64,000 nt of DNA from a bacterium (GTDB taxonomy: Bacteria; UBA8248). How positions within the stretch are numbered: position 1 is the stretch's first letter; each line of letters begins with the position of its first letter. The notes beneath the pieces were generated by a model. It was not told where the DNA came from, made no database searches, and saw nothing but the letters and a program-made list of their open reading frames with translations. The translations under genes and the position numbers were made by a program. This document shows, one piece after another, positions 43,026 through 54,799 of this stretch. The stretch spans positions 128,001 through 192,000 of the forward strand of contig CBDATS010000008.1 in the NCBI GenBank assembly GCA_965200245.1, given 5' to 3'.

Positions 43026-43859
43026 CTATTGCGTGCTTAAGCGCGCGGAATCTATCGCCTTCAAGGTGGTGAGGAGCGGATACAAATCTTCAATGTCTAT
43101 CATGTTGGGTCCATCAGAAAATGCCTCATCGGGACTGGGGTGGCACTCGATAAAAAAGGCGTCGACGCCCACGCCGGCTGCGGCGCGCGCAAGGTGCGGA
43201 ACCATGCTCCTGTCTCCGCCCGAACTTTCCCCCAGACCGCCCGGAGATTGGACACTGTGCGTCGCATCAAAAATTACAGGATAACCCGATTCGCGCATCT
43301 TCACGAGCGAACGCATGTCGGAAACGAGATTATGGTAGCCAAAACTGCTGCCTCTTTCGGTAAGCAGTATTTGCCTGCAACCCGCGTCCTTAAGTTTCGC
43401 CAAAACATTTTTCATGTCCTCGGGGGCCATGAATTGCCCCTTTTTGACGTTCACGGGTTTTCCCGTCCGCGCTGCTGCGTGGAGGAGGTCCGTCTGACGA
43501 CACAGGAAAGCGGGAATCTGAACAGCGTCCAGCACTTCGGCTGCGCGTTCAGCCTCTTCCGGGGAATGAACGTCCGAAATCACCGGAAGACCCGTCTCGT
43601 GTCTTATCTTTTCGAGTATCCTTAATCCCTTGTCGATGCCGGGGCCGCGCTGAGACTTGCCCGAACTGCGATTCGCCTTGTCGTAAGAGGCCTTGAACAC
43701 TCCGCCGACACCACATTTTTCCGCCGCTTCTCTTACTTTTTCGGCGCACATTCTGGCCAGTTCCTCGCTCTCGATCACACAAGGCCCAGCGATAACGCAT
43801 ATCGCCCCCGGCTCGCCGAAGGCCACGTCCCGGATTTTCACTACATTCTTTTCCGTCAT
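43026..43859 (-). CDS. kdsA: KDO 8-phosphate synthase
   Basis: AGPCVIE, KASYDKANRSS, PAFLCRQTD, DATHSVQ. Confidence 0.97.
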   Translation of the reverse strand: MTEKNVVKIRDVAFGEPGAICVIAGPCVIESEELARMCAEKVREAAEKCGVGGVFKASYDKANRSSGKSQRGPGIDKGLRILEKIRHETGLPVISDVHSPEEAERAAEVLDAVQIPAFLCRQTDLLHAAARTGKPVNVKKGQFMAPEDMKNVLAKLKDAGCRQILLTERGSSFGYHNLVSDMRSLVKMRESGYPVIFDATHSVQSPGGLGESSGGDRSMVPHLARAAAGVGVDAFFIECHPSPDEAFSDGPNMIDIEDLYPLLTTLKAIDSARLSTQ

Positions 43860-43908
43860 CTTTCTCTATTTCAGACGCCATGCCGAATGTACGAAGTGAA
43901 AAGACGAA

Positions 43909-46331
<2,423 letters not shown>

Positions 46332-46340
46332 CCTATCCAC

Positions 46341-46849
46341 CTATGACGCCGTCCAATACGCATTTTTGTTTATCAATCTCTTCCAGAGGGTGAGCCGTAA
46401 AATCTTGATGTCAAGGCCCAAAGACCAGTTCTCAATATAGTGCAAATCGAATTCGCTCTTTTTTATCGACGTATTTCCACTCCTTCCATGTACCTACGCC
46501 CAACCCGTCATTTCGGGTTTCACCTTGTGGCGCAGCATAAAGTCGGGGAAGGGCGCCCTCAATTTCTCCACGATGCCGGACGTTCGGACATCGGACCCAC
46601 GAAGATCATTTCACCACCCAACACGCTGAACAGTAGCTGCAACCTGTCGAGACTCGTTTTTCTGAGAAAAACGCCAATCCGAGTGCGCCGCTCGTCGTCT
46701 TTCTCGGCCCAGACCCCCATGTCTTTTTCCTGTATGAACACGACGTATTCCGAATCGTCGTCGCGCTTGCTCAGCCCGGCGAGCAAGAGCCTAAGTTAGG
46801 CTCCGATGCACCCCACCGCTATCATACGGGCGTCGACGCCTATACGCAT
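46341..46849 (-). pseudogene. Chimeric remnant: GT4 N-terminus fused to a WcaJ-type sugar transferase C-terminus
   Basis: Manual translation: [25 protein letters not shown]...EYVVF, then [23 protein letters not shown]...[12 protein letters not shown] / MLRHKVKPEMTGWA*VHG / DLHYIENWSLGLDIKIL...NKNAY. Confidence 0.75.
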
Positions 46850-48009
46850 CTCTGTACCGCCTCGTAAACGCGATCCAGTTCTTGTACCTCCCTGTCCGTT
46901 GGGGAACCGTTTGATGAGGTGGGACGCTTTCGCAATACTACCACGTTCGGGCCGCGTGGCCCCCAGACACTCGGTTCGACCTGTCCTTGAAAGATGCAAA
47001 TCACGGGAACGCCGAGCGCTGCGGCAATATGAGTGTGGCCCGAGTCGTTTCCGATGAACAGCCGACATGCTTTCATGACCCCCATAAGCGAGCGGAGATG
47101 CTGAACTTGAGCGCACATGTCTATCACAGTACCGCGTACGCGAACCCCCTTCATGGATTTGAGTATCGCATCGACAACTGGCCGATCATCGGGCCCGCCC
47201 AGTAACAGAACCCGGACGGGGAGTGTGGAGACAACCCGGCTGATCAACTCACCGCAAAGCCTTGGACTCCAGATTCTTTCTTCTCCTCCAGCGCCGGGGT
47301 GAATTCCGATGCAAAAACCCGGACGGCTTTCTATCAGCGCGGATACGCAGGCGCGTCCCCGGGCCAGTTCTTCCCGTGAGAGCGAAAGAGCCGGGTTTTT
47401 CGTATCGAACGGACCCAGTCCCGCGTGTTCGAGCATGCCCAGGTTGAATTCCACCCGATGACGTTTGGACAACTCTTCGGCTTCCACGTCCAGACAGAAG
47501 CCGAAACCCCTGATTCCACGCCCGACGAGAAAGCGCACGCCCGCGAGCCTCGCCGCGATGATCGATTGAAAATCTCCGGCGAAATCCACCGCCAGATCGT
47601 AGGGGCCGCCGATTTCTTCCGCTCTCCATTTGAGCAACTTTCTTAAACGGTTCATCGAGAGAAATCCGAATTTTTTCCTCCTTGGCCTCTCTCGCCAGGA
47701 CGCGTTGAAGAGCAGAAAATCTACCCCGCCCAAATCCTCTCCCCTCTTCTGGAACAATGCACGTGCCGAGGAGCGGATGAGGAGATCGATTTGCGCATCT
47801 GGCAGGTTTTCCCTGAGCGAATGGATGGCGGGTAGCGTACAGACGATGTCGCTGATGTGGTCGGGACACATCAATAGAACCCGGCGAATTGAGATGGGCC
47901 GCTCCCTCGTATTGCGGAAAAAGGTCTCTCCCAACAGATCAAGCACGCGAAAAGCCGATCTCACAGAGAATCTCTTGTAGTGATATCTGCGCTCGAAAAC
48001 GGGAACCAT
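46840..48009 (-). CDS. Glycosyltransferase family 9 (LPS heptosyltransferase-like)
   Basis: HISDIVCTLPA, IGIHPGAG, FIGNDSGHTHIAAALGVP; start uncertain (ORF open to 48324). Confidence 0.88.
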   Translation of the reverse strand: MVPVFERRYHYKRFSVRSAFRVLDLLGETFFRNTRERPISIRRVLLMCPDHISDIVCTLPAIHSLRENLPDAQIDLLIRSSARALFQKRGEDLGGVDFLLFNASWRERPRRKKFGFLSMNRLRKLLKWRAEEIGGPYDLAVDFAGDFQSIIAARLAGVRFLVGRGIRGFGFCLDVEAEELSKRHRVEFNLGMLEHAGLGPFDTKNPALSLSREELARGRACVSALIESRPGFCIGIHPGAGGEERIWSPRLCGELISRVVSTLPVRVLLLGGPDDRPVVDAILKSMKGVRVRGTVIDMCAQVQHLRSLMGVMKACRLFIGNDSGHTHIAAALGVPVICIFQGQVEPSVWGPRGPNVVVLRKRPTSSNGSPTDREVQELDRVYEAVQRCV

Positions 48010-48866
48010 GCCTCTCTGCACGGGGCTGAGTGCCTCTATCTTCGAGGGTGCGGCGGCTTTGGGAGGAACGCGCAAGCAAACTGCACTCAGAAAACTCGAC
48101 ACATCATAGGAAGATTCACGAATTCCTGCATGTTCCGAATTCTTCATCGTGCGCTCTCTTAAAGTTTCAACCAAAAGGCGTAAAAAGAATATAGCGCGCT
48201 TCGTCCCGCGGCGGAAATTCCGCTCCCGCGAGATACAGACCACCACCAGCATCAACCCGCCAAAACGTCTTCGTAAACGACGAGCTTTTTCCACTAACAC
48301 GTCCCGGACGAACTCTTCAATCACTCACTAGCAACCTGTCTGCACCAGTCGTTCGCGCTCACGGGTTTCGTTGGCAGTTTCCGGAGAGTTTTCCATAAAA
48401 CACATCTATCGCCTTTGGGAAATACGAACCCCTCCTTGCCGATGACACAGGGAATTTCTCCCGTCGCCGATCCTGCGGAACGATGCCGCAACCCATGGCC
48501 ACGATCAGCACTCAGCCGCACTGCTCTTTTCAGTGAAAGGTTGTTCTCGATGGAAACGCAAGCGTATGCCACCCGCGCAAATATTCGGGTACGTCGAAGT
48601 GTTCGACATGGCCGACGAATTCCACCTGCTCCCTCAAACCAAGCGAGCGCGCCAGGCTCTCCAGTGCTTCGTTTTCCTTTCCAGTTCCCCGGACTCAGTT
48701 TGGTAAAAGCGCAATTTCGGCTAGAAAGAGGTTTCTGTCTTCTTGATGTAGGTTAAGAACCACCCTAGTCCCGGAGAGCGCGGAATACAAGGCTGCCTTG
48801 ACACGAGGCCGGTGGTGGGAGAACTTCTGGCTAGCCCCACCATCCATGCAATCGAGGGATGAAGCC

Positions 48867-49733
48867 ATGAATCATTGTGGAGCGCGTCTTCGGACGCTGT
48901 TGGAAGAGAACCGGCCTGTTCTCGCGCCCGCCTGCATAGATGCCTTCAGCGCGCGCATGGTGGAACACGCAGGTTTTCAGATGAACTACCTGACAGGCAA
49001 CGGCGCCTCGGCGGCGCTTCTCGGCAAGCCCGATGTGGGTTTCATGACGCTGCGCGAAGTGGCCGACGTCTGCCGCAATGTCGTCCAGGCCACCTCGATC
49101 CCCCTTGTCGCAGACGCCGACACCGGCTATGGCAACGCAGTGAACATGATCCGCACCGTCCGCGAACTTGAGTCGGCGGGCGTCGCCTGCATTCAGATCG
49201 AGGATCAGGTAACTCCCAAGAGATGCGGCTTCCTGCCCGGTTCGGTCCCTGTCATCTCCCTTGAAGAGCAACTCGGCAAACTCAAGGCGGCCCTCGACGC
49301 GCGCCAGAGCGAGGATTTCCTCATCCTCGCCAGAACGGACGCGGCCGCCGACCACGGGCTGGAGGAGGCGATTCGAAGGGCCGTCGCCTATAAGGAAGCG
49401 GGCGCCGACCTCACATTCATTGAGGTGGAGGGCACGGAGGAAGAACTCCGAAAAATCGGAGCGGAAGTCCCCCCGCCTCACGCCACCACGTTGGACGAAT
49501 CGAGGCGCGAGGCGGCCCTGAACGTTGAAGAATTGGGTGAACTCGGCTTCGGCGTCATCATCTACCCGGGCATCGTGCGCTGCACGTATCTGAAAGCTGT
49601 GAACGACGTGCTGCGCATCCTCAAAGATGAAGGCTCCACTCGCTCGGCGCGCGGGATGATGGCCACTTTCCAGGAATACAACGACGCCCTGGGCATCTCG
49701 GAAGTCCAGACGTGGGAGCGTGAATATCTATGA
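48867..49733 (+). CDS. Isocitrate lyase / PEP mutase family protein
   Basis: DAFSAR, ADADTGYG, QIEDQVTPKRCG, LARTDA. Confidence 0.93.
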   Translation: MNHCGARLRTLLEENRPVLAPACIDAFSARMVEHAGFQMNYLTGNGASAALLGKPDVGFMTLREVADVCRNVVQATSIPLVADADTGYGNAVNMIRTVRELESAGVACIQIEDQVTPKRCGFLPGSVPVISLEEQLGKLKAALDARQSEDFLILARTDAAADHGLEEAIRRAVAYKEAGADLTFIEVEGTEEELRKIGAEVPPPHATTLDESRREAALNVEELGELGFGVIIYPGIVRCTYLKAVNDVLRILKDEGSTRSARGMMATFQEYNDALGISEVQTWEREYL

Positions 49734-49764
49734 CGCTATAGCGGCGTCGCGCAAGGAGTGGAAC

Positions 49765-50064
49765 ATGATCACCGTAGGCATGTATTACGACGTTCTGCCG
49801 GGCAAGGAGAAAGAATTCGAGGAAAAATTCGAAGCCGTGGCCAGCGCCTTGGAAGGACAGGCCGGCCACGTGCAGAGTCTTCTCTATCAGCAGGTAAAAA
49901 ACCCGAATTCCTACACTATCCTCTCGGAGTGGGACGCACAGGAAGACTTCATGGCCTTCATCAAGAGCGACGCCTTCCGCGCTGTAACGGACTGGGGAAA
50001 GGCGGAAATTCTCGCGGGCAGGCCGCGACACAAACTCTATGGCCGCGAGGGTGATTTCCGCTAG
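49765..50064 (+). CDS. Antibiotic biosynthesis monooxygenase (ABM) family protein
   Basis: MITVGMYYDVLPGKEKEFE...YTILSEW...F..FIKSDAF; AAGGAG RBS. Confidence 0.85.
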   Translation: MITVGMYYDVLPGKEKEFEEKFEAVASALEGQAGHVQSLLYQQVKNPNSYTILSEWDAQEDFMAFIKSDAFRAVTDWGKAEILAGRPRHKLYGREGDFR

Positions 50065-50075
50065 GGGGAAACCGA

Positions 50076-50948
50076 ATGCCGGACATGCTCTCCTGCCCGC
50101 CACCTGATCCTCGACCCAGACCGCCCCGCTTCGAGCTTCCACCCGGCGCATGGGACACCCACGGGCATATCTTCGGTCCCGGGAGCAAGTACGCCTACTC
50201 TCCCAACAGGGGTTACACGCCTCCCGACGCCCTGCTCGATGCTTATGAATCCCTGCACCGCACGCTTGGGGTGGAGCGTGGCGTCTTGACCCAGCCGAGC
50301 GTCTACGGGGTCGACAACACCGCTATGCTGGATGCCATGGCCCGCTCCGGCGGACGTCTGATGGGCGTGGCCTCCGTGGACAAGGAGGTGAGCGAGGCGG
50401 AGTTGACACGTCTTCACGACGCGGGCGTTCGCGGCTTGCGCATCAATCTTGCAGACAAGGGCGGAAATCCCTTCGATTCGTTCGCGGACGTCCAGGTGAT
50501 GGGCGAGCGCATCAAGGACATGGGCTGGCACATGGAATTTCTGATCCACGTGAATGCGTTTTCCGATTTAAGAAAGACCTTTTCCGCGGTGCCTGTCCAC
50601 AGCGTTTTCGGGCATATGGGCTACGCTCCTGCAGGTGAAGGGCTGGGCCCGCTCCGGGAATTCCTGGACTTGCTCAAAGAGGGCCGAACGTGGGTGAAGC
50701 TCACCGGCGCCTACCGCATTACGGGTCTTCAGCAGACGCCCTACACCGACGTCAACGCAATCGCCCGGGCACTCATCGAAACGGCACCCGAGCGCGTCAT
50801 CTGGGGTACGGATTGGCCGCATCCCGTCTGCAAGATACCGATGCCGAACGACGGCGACTTGCTGGATCAATTACTCGACTGGGCACCGGATACTGACGTT
50901 CGCCACAAAATACTGGTGGAAAACCCCTTAAAGCTGTTCGAGTCCTAG
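50076..50948 (+). CDS. Amidohydrolase family protein (LigI / pyrone-dicarboxylate lactonase-like)
   Basis: DTHGHIFGP, QPSVYGVDN, WVKLTGAYR, WGTDWPHP, PNDGDL. Confidence 0.9.
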   Translation: MPDMLSCPPPDPRPRPPRFELPPGAWDTHGHIFGPGSKYAYSPNRGYTPPDALLDAYESLHRTLGVERGVLTQPSVYGVDNTAMLDAMARSGGRLMGVASVDKEVSEAELTRLHDAGVRGLRINLADKGGNPFDSFADVQVMGERIKDMGWHMEFLIHVNAFSDLRKTFSAVPVHSVFGHMGYAPAGEGLGPLREFLDLLKEGRTWVKLTGAYRITGLQQTPYTDVNAIARALIETAPERVIWGTDWPHPVCKIPMPNDGDLLDQLLDWAPDTDVRHKILVENPLKLFES

Positions 50949-50963
50949 AGTCAGGAGAGAAAT

Positions 50964-51869
50964 ATGGCGCGCAAGGAAACGAAAAAAACCGCATTTTTGG
51001 GTTTAGGTCGTATGGGTGGATTGATGACAAAGCATCTGATCGACGCAGGTTTCCCCGTTACAGGTTACGACCCCGTGCCCCAGGCCAGAGCAATTGCTAA
51101 AAAAAACGGTGCGAAAATTGCCAGAACCATCGCAGCGGCAGTCAAGGGAGCCGACGTGGTGTGCAGTTCGCTTCCTTCGCCCGACGTCGTGCAAAGCGTC
51201 TACATGGGCCCGAAGGGCGTGCTCGATACGGTGCGGCGCGGTGCTGTCTGTTTCGAGCTATCGACAAGCACCGTCAGCTTGGCGAAGGAGATAGCGGAGG
51301 CGGCAAAGAAAAGAGGCGTTGCATTTCTGGATGCGCCCGTGAGCGGGAGCATTCCGCACTTGGAGCGCAAGGAAGTTGCCGCCATCGTGGGCGGAGACCA
51401 GGCCGCTCTCAAAGAACACCGCGACGTGCTTGATGCTTTCAGCAAGTCCATCACCTATATGGGGAAATCCGGAAATGGCCTAATCATGAAACTGGTGACG
51501 AACCACATTTTGAACATCCAGCACTCAGGCATGGCCGAGGGTTTGGCTTTTGGCATAAAGGCAGGGTTGACGGCTCCTGAAATGATGAAATTCCTGCAGG
51601 GAAGCGTGATTCCCCTGCTCATCCACTACAAGGGCACGACGATGGCAGCGCGCGATTATTCCGACGTAATCGCGAACCTGGGTATCAGCTTCAAGGATTT
51701 GGGGCTCAGCATAAACGAGGCAAACAATCTGGGCGTACCCGTTCCCCTGGGCGCCGCCGCGCGGCAGCAATACACCTCCGCCATGGCACTCGGTCTCGAA
51801 AATGCGGATTTCAACGCAGTCTTCGAAGCCTTCCTGAACGCCATGGGAATGGAGCCGAAGAAAAAGTAG
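50964..51869 (+). CDS. HIBADH-family NAD(P)-dependent oxidoreductase
   Basis: FLGLGRMG, DAPVSGS, MKLVTN. Confidence 0.9.
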   Translation: MARKETKKTAFLGLGRMGGLMTKHLIDAGFPVTGYDPVPQARAIAKKNGAKIARTIAAAVKGADVVCSSLPSPDVVQSVYMGPKGVLDTVRRGAVCFELSTSTVSLAKEIAEAAKKRGVAFLDAPVSGSIPHLERKEVAAIVGGDQAALKEHRDVLDAFSKSITYMGKSGNGLIMKLVTNHILNIQHSGMAEGLAFGIKAGLTAPEMMKFLQGSVIPLLIHYKGTTMAARDYSDVIANLGISFKDLGLSINEANNLGVPVPLGAAARQQYTSAMALGLENADFNAVFEAFLNAMGMEPKKK

Positions 51870-52002
51870 GATTTCTCAAGAGGCATGCAGGGCTTCAGCC
51901 AGCGGTTGGTTAGTGAATTTCAGGCGATTGTCTTGCTTATCCAACTCATCCTCCCTTGGGTTCGGGAGGATAACGCAGCAATATTTTCAGGAGTGATGCG
52001 AA

Positions 52003-52881
52003 ATGGCGAAAGTGGTTGCTTTTCTGGGTCTGGGCAACATGGGTTCAGGTATGTCGGAAAACCTGGTGAAAGCGGGTTTCGAAGTCCACGGGTTCGACCC
52101 CGTTCCTGCCATGCGGGAGCGGGCGGTCGCAGCGGGTCTCACAGTCTTTGAGACGGCGGCGGAAGCCGCCACGGGGGCGGAAGTCATCTGCAGTTCTGTG
52201 CCCGAAGTCGAGAATGCGAGAGAAGCCTATCTCGGCGAGACGGGCGCGCTCACCACAGCCACTGAAGGCGCGGTGTGCTTCGACCTGTCGACTCTGACGG
52301 TCGAGGGCAGTCAAGACCTGGCGGCGGAGGCGAAAAGCCGTGGTGTTCAGTTTCTGGACACCCCCGTGAGCGGAAGCGTGCCCCACGCAAAGGCTGGAAC
52401 CCTCGCCATTATGGTGGGGGGTGATGAAGCTTCGCTCGAAGCCCACCGCGACGTTTTGGAGGCCTTCAGCGCTTCCATCCACTATTTCGGCCCGAACGGC
52501 GCAGGCCTCCAGATGAAACTGGTGACGAACCACATTTTCGCGATCCATATCTCCGCCATAGCCGAGGCGCTTACGATGGGGACGAAAGGAGGCCTCAACC
52601 CCGAGCAGATGGTCGAGTTCCTGAAGGCGAGCGTGATTCCCAAAATTCTCGAATACAAGGCCTCTCCCATGATTGCCAAGGACTATGCGCCCACGTTTAC
52701 GGTTAGCCTGATGCTGAAGGATCTGCGTATCATCGCGGTGATGGCCGACGGCCTTGCGACGCCCATACCCTTGGGGACGATGGCACGGCAGGTCTATATG
52801 GGTGCTGCCGCCTTGGGCCATGGCGACGCGGACCAGAACGCCATACTGGAGTTTTTTGAGAAAAGCGCGGGTATGAACTAG
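52003..52881 (+). CDS. HIBADH-family NAD(P)-dependent oxidoreductase (tandem paralog)
   Basis: FLGLGNMG, DTPVSGS, MKLVTN, KDL. Confidence 0.9.
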   Translation: MAKVVAFLGLGNMGSGMSENLVKAGFEVHGFDPVPAMRERAVAAGLTVFETAAEAATGAEVICSSVPEVENAREAYLGETGALTTATEGAVCFDLSTLTVEGSQDLAAEAKSRGVQFLDTPVSGSVPHAKAGTLAIMVGGDEASLEAHRDVLEAFSASIHYFGPNGAGLQMKLVTNHIFAIHISAIAEALTMGTKGGLNPEQMVEFLKASVIPKILEYKASPMIAKDYAPTFTVSLMLKDLRIIAVMADGLATPIPLGTMARQVYMGAAALGHGDADQNAILEFFEKSAGMN

Positions 52882-52993
52882 CGCGTATGGGGCAAGCATA
52901 AAACCGAAGTGGAAGTAGGGGAGTTCAAAACTGACAAGAGGATGAAAAAATTCGGGGTCTGTGCTGTTTTCTCATTCTTCGGGCGGGCTTGCA

Positions 52994-53018
52994 ATTCTTG
53001 AGTAATTTAGTTTAGTAT
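52994..53018 (+). promoter_or_regulatory. Putative Rrf2/IscR type-1-like operator overlapping the moeB promoter
   Basis: ATTCTTGAGTAATTTAGTTTAGTAT matches 21 of 25 positions of ATASYYGACTRWWWYAGTCRRSTAT; spans TTGCAA (52989)...TAGTAT (53013). Confidence 0.55.
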
Positions 53019-53125
53019 TCTGAGGAATTATGGATGGTCATTGCGCACTCTTTCGCGCAGACCACTGACGCGATATGATTCTTATACCCATTTCAGCGAA
53101 TGCTGGCAGCAAAGGAGAATTAGAA

Positions 53126-54325
53126 ATGTCGAAAACAGGACGAGACCTGCTTGAGGCCGCGCGGGACGAAGTTCCTGAGATCACGGCGGAAGAAGTGAAG
53201 GCCACGGTCGATTCGGGCACTGAGGTGACGCTCATCGATGTGCGTGAACCCGACGAGTTCCGGGGTGGCTACCTGCCGGGCGCCGAGCACGTGAGCCGTG
53301 GATTCCTGGAACTCAAGATCGAACAGGTCGTTCCCGACAGGACAACGCCTATCGTCGCCTACTGCGCTGGCGGCGTGCGTTCACTGCTTGCGGGGCAGGT
53401 GCTCCAGTCCATGGGCTATCAGAACGTGAAATCCATGGCGGGCGGCTACGGCAAATGGAAGGACCTGGGTTTTCCCGTGCAGGTGGACAAGCAGATGAGT
53501 GCGGAGCAGCTGAACCGCTACAGTCGCCATTTTCTCCTCTCCCAGATTGGAGAAAAGGGTCAGTCCAAGCTCCTAGACGCCAAGGTCGTCCTGATCGGCG
53601 CAGGCGGGCTGGGTTCTCCCACCGGGCTGTATCTGGCCGCGATGGGCGTGGGCAACATCGGCATCGTGGATTTGGACGTGGTCGACATGAGCAACTTGCA
53701 GCGCCAGATACTCCACACGAACGACCGCGTGGGCACCCCCAAGGTGGACAGCGCGAGATCGACCCTCACCGCGCTCAACCCCGACGTGAACATCATCGCG
53801 CATGAAGAGAGAATCAACCGCGACAACGCGCTCGACATCTTGAAAAACTACGACGTGATCGTGAACGGGGCGGACAATTTCCCGACGCGCTACCTCGTGA
53901 ATGACGCGGCGGTATTTCTCGGAAAACCCATTGTCGACGCATCCATTTTCAAGTTTGAGGGCCAGGCCACCGTCTACCACCCCGGAGAGGGCGGCCCCTG
54001 TTACCGTTGCCTTTACCCCGAACCGCCTCCTCCCGGCATGGTGCCCTCCTGCCAAGACGCGGGCGTCTTGGGCGCACTTTGCGGCACGATGGGTTCCATC
54101 CAGGCGACTGAGACGGCCAAACTCATCGTGGGCTTCGGCGAACCCCTGATCGGCAAGTTACTGATGTACGACGCGCTCAAGTCGCAGTTCAGGACACTCA
54201 AGATCAGGCGTGACCCGGCTTGCCCGGTTTGCGGTGACAGCCCCTCGATAACCGAACTCATCGACTACGAGTTCTTCTGCGGTCTCACGGAAGCCCCTGT
54301 AGGCGCCGCCGCTAACGGACATTGA
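53126..54325 (+). CDS. moeB: Rhodanese-MoeB fusion (MoeZ-like sulfur-carrier adenylyltransferase)
   Basis: N-terminal rhodanese (IDVREPDE, YCAGGVRS); RYSRH, GAGGLGS, SNLQRQ, CYRC, CPVC. Confidence 0.93.
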   Translation: MSKTGRDLLEAARDEVPEITAEEVKATVDSGTEVTLIDVREPDEFRGGYLPGAEHVSRGFLELKIEQVVPDRTTPIVAYCAGGVRSLLAGQVLQSMGYQNVKSMAGGYGKWKDLGFPVQVDKQMSAEQLNRYSRHFLLSQIGEKGQSKLLDAKVVLIGAGGLGSPTGLYLAAMGVGNIGIVDLDVVDMSNLQRQILHTNDRVGTPKVDSARSTLTALNPDVNIIAHEERINRDNALDILKNYDVIVNGADNFPTRYLVNDAAVFLGKPIVDASIFKFEGQATVYHPGEGGPCYRCLYPEPPPPGMVPSCQDAGVLGALCGTMGSIQATETAKLIVGFGEPLIGKLLMYDALKSQFRTLKIRRDPACPVCGDSPSITELIDYEFFCGLTEAPVGAAANGH

Positions 54326-54379
54326 TGGGAGGAAGCGGAACCACAAATTGATGTAGCGAAGCAACGAAGTTCAGTCAAA

Positions 54380-54414
54380 GAAGGCCCCCGGGACGTGATG
54401 TTCCGAGGGCCTTT
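54380..54414. terminator. Hairpin between convergent genes (probable bidirectional terminator)
   Basis: GAAGGCCCCCGGGAC-GTGAT-GTTCCGAGGGCCTTT imperfect inverted repeat. Confidence 0.6.
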
Positions 54415-54771
54415 CTATGGAATTTCCTCAAGCTCGGTCTTACCCATCACGGGACGCATGGGGTAATAGCCTCTCAGGAGTTCGGCGAAAAAAGAGAGGT
54501 GCTCGGCGAGAGCGGACATGTATGCGGTGGCGTAGCGTGAGGATAGCGCATCGACCTTCTGCGCCAAGGCTTCGCGGGCACCTGTGGCGGGAGTCTCCCG
54601 CGCAGCCAAGGCGTTATAGGCGCCCAGCAGGGAGCGTACGTCTTGATGCACATCTCCATACTCGGTCTGAAGCGTGTAGGGGCTTCTCAAGATGAGATGG
54701 ACAGGGTTTTGTGTGTTCGAGGATTGATCGAGCATGCAGCGACTTCGTCTCTGGTCGTAGTTCTCGGGCAT
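54415..54771 (-). CDS. Hypothetical protein
   Basis: GGGGAGG RBS before MPENYDQ; helical composition; no family recognised. Confidence 0.55.
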   Translation of the reverse strand: MPENYDQRRSRCMLDQSSNTQNPVHLILRSPYTLQTEYGDVHQDVRSLLGAYNALAARETPATGAREALAQKVDALSSRYATAYMSALAEHLSFFAELLRGYYPMRPVMGKTELEEIP

Positions 54772-54799
54772 CGTATCCTCCCCTCTCCGGGTCGAAACC

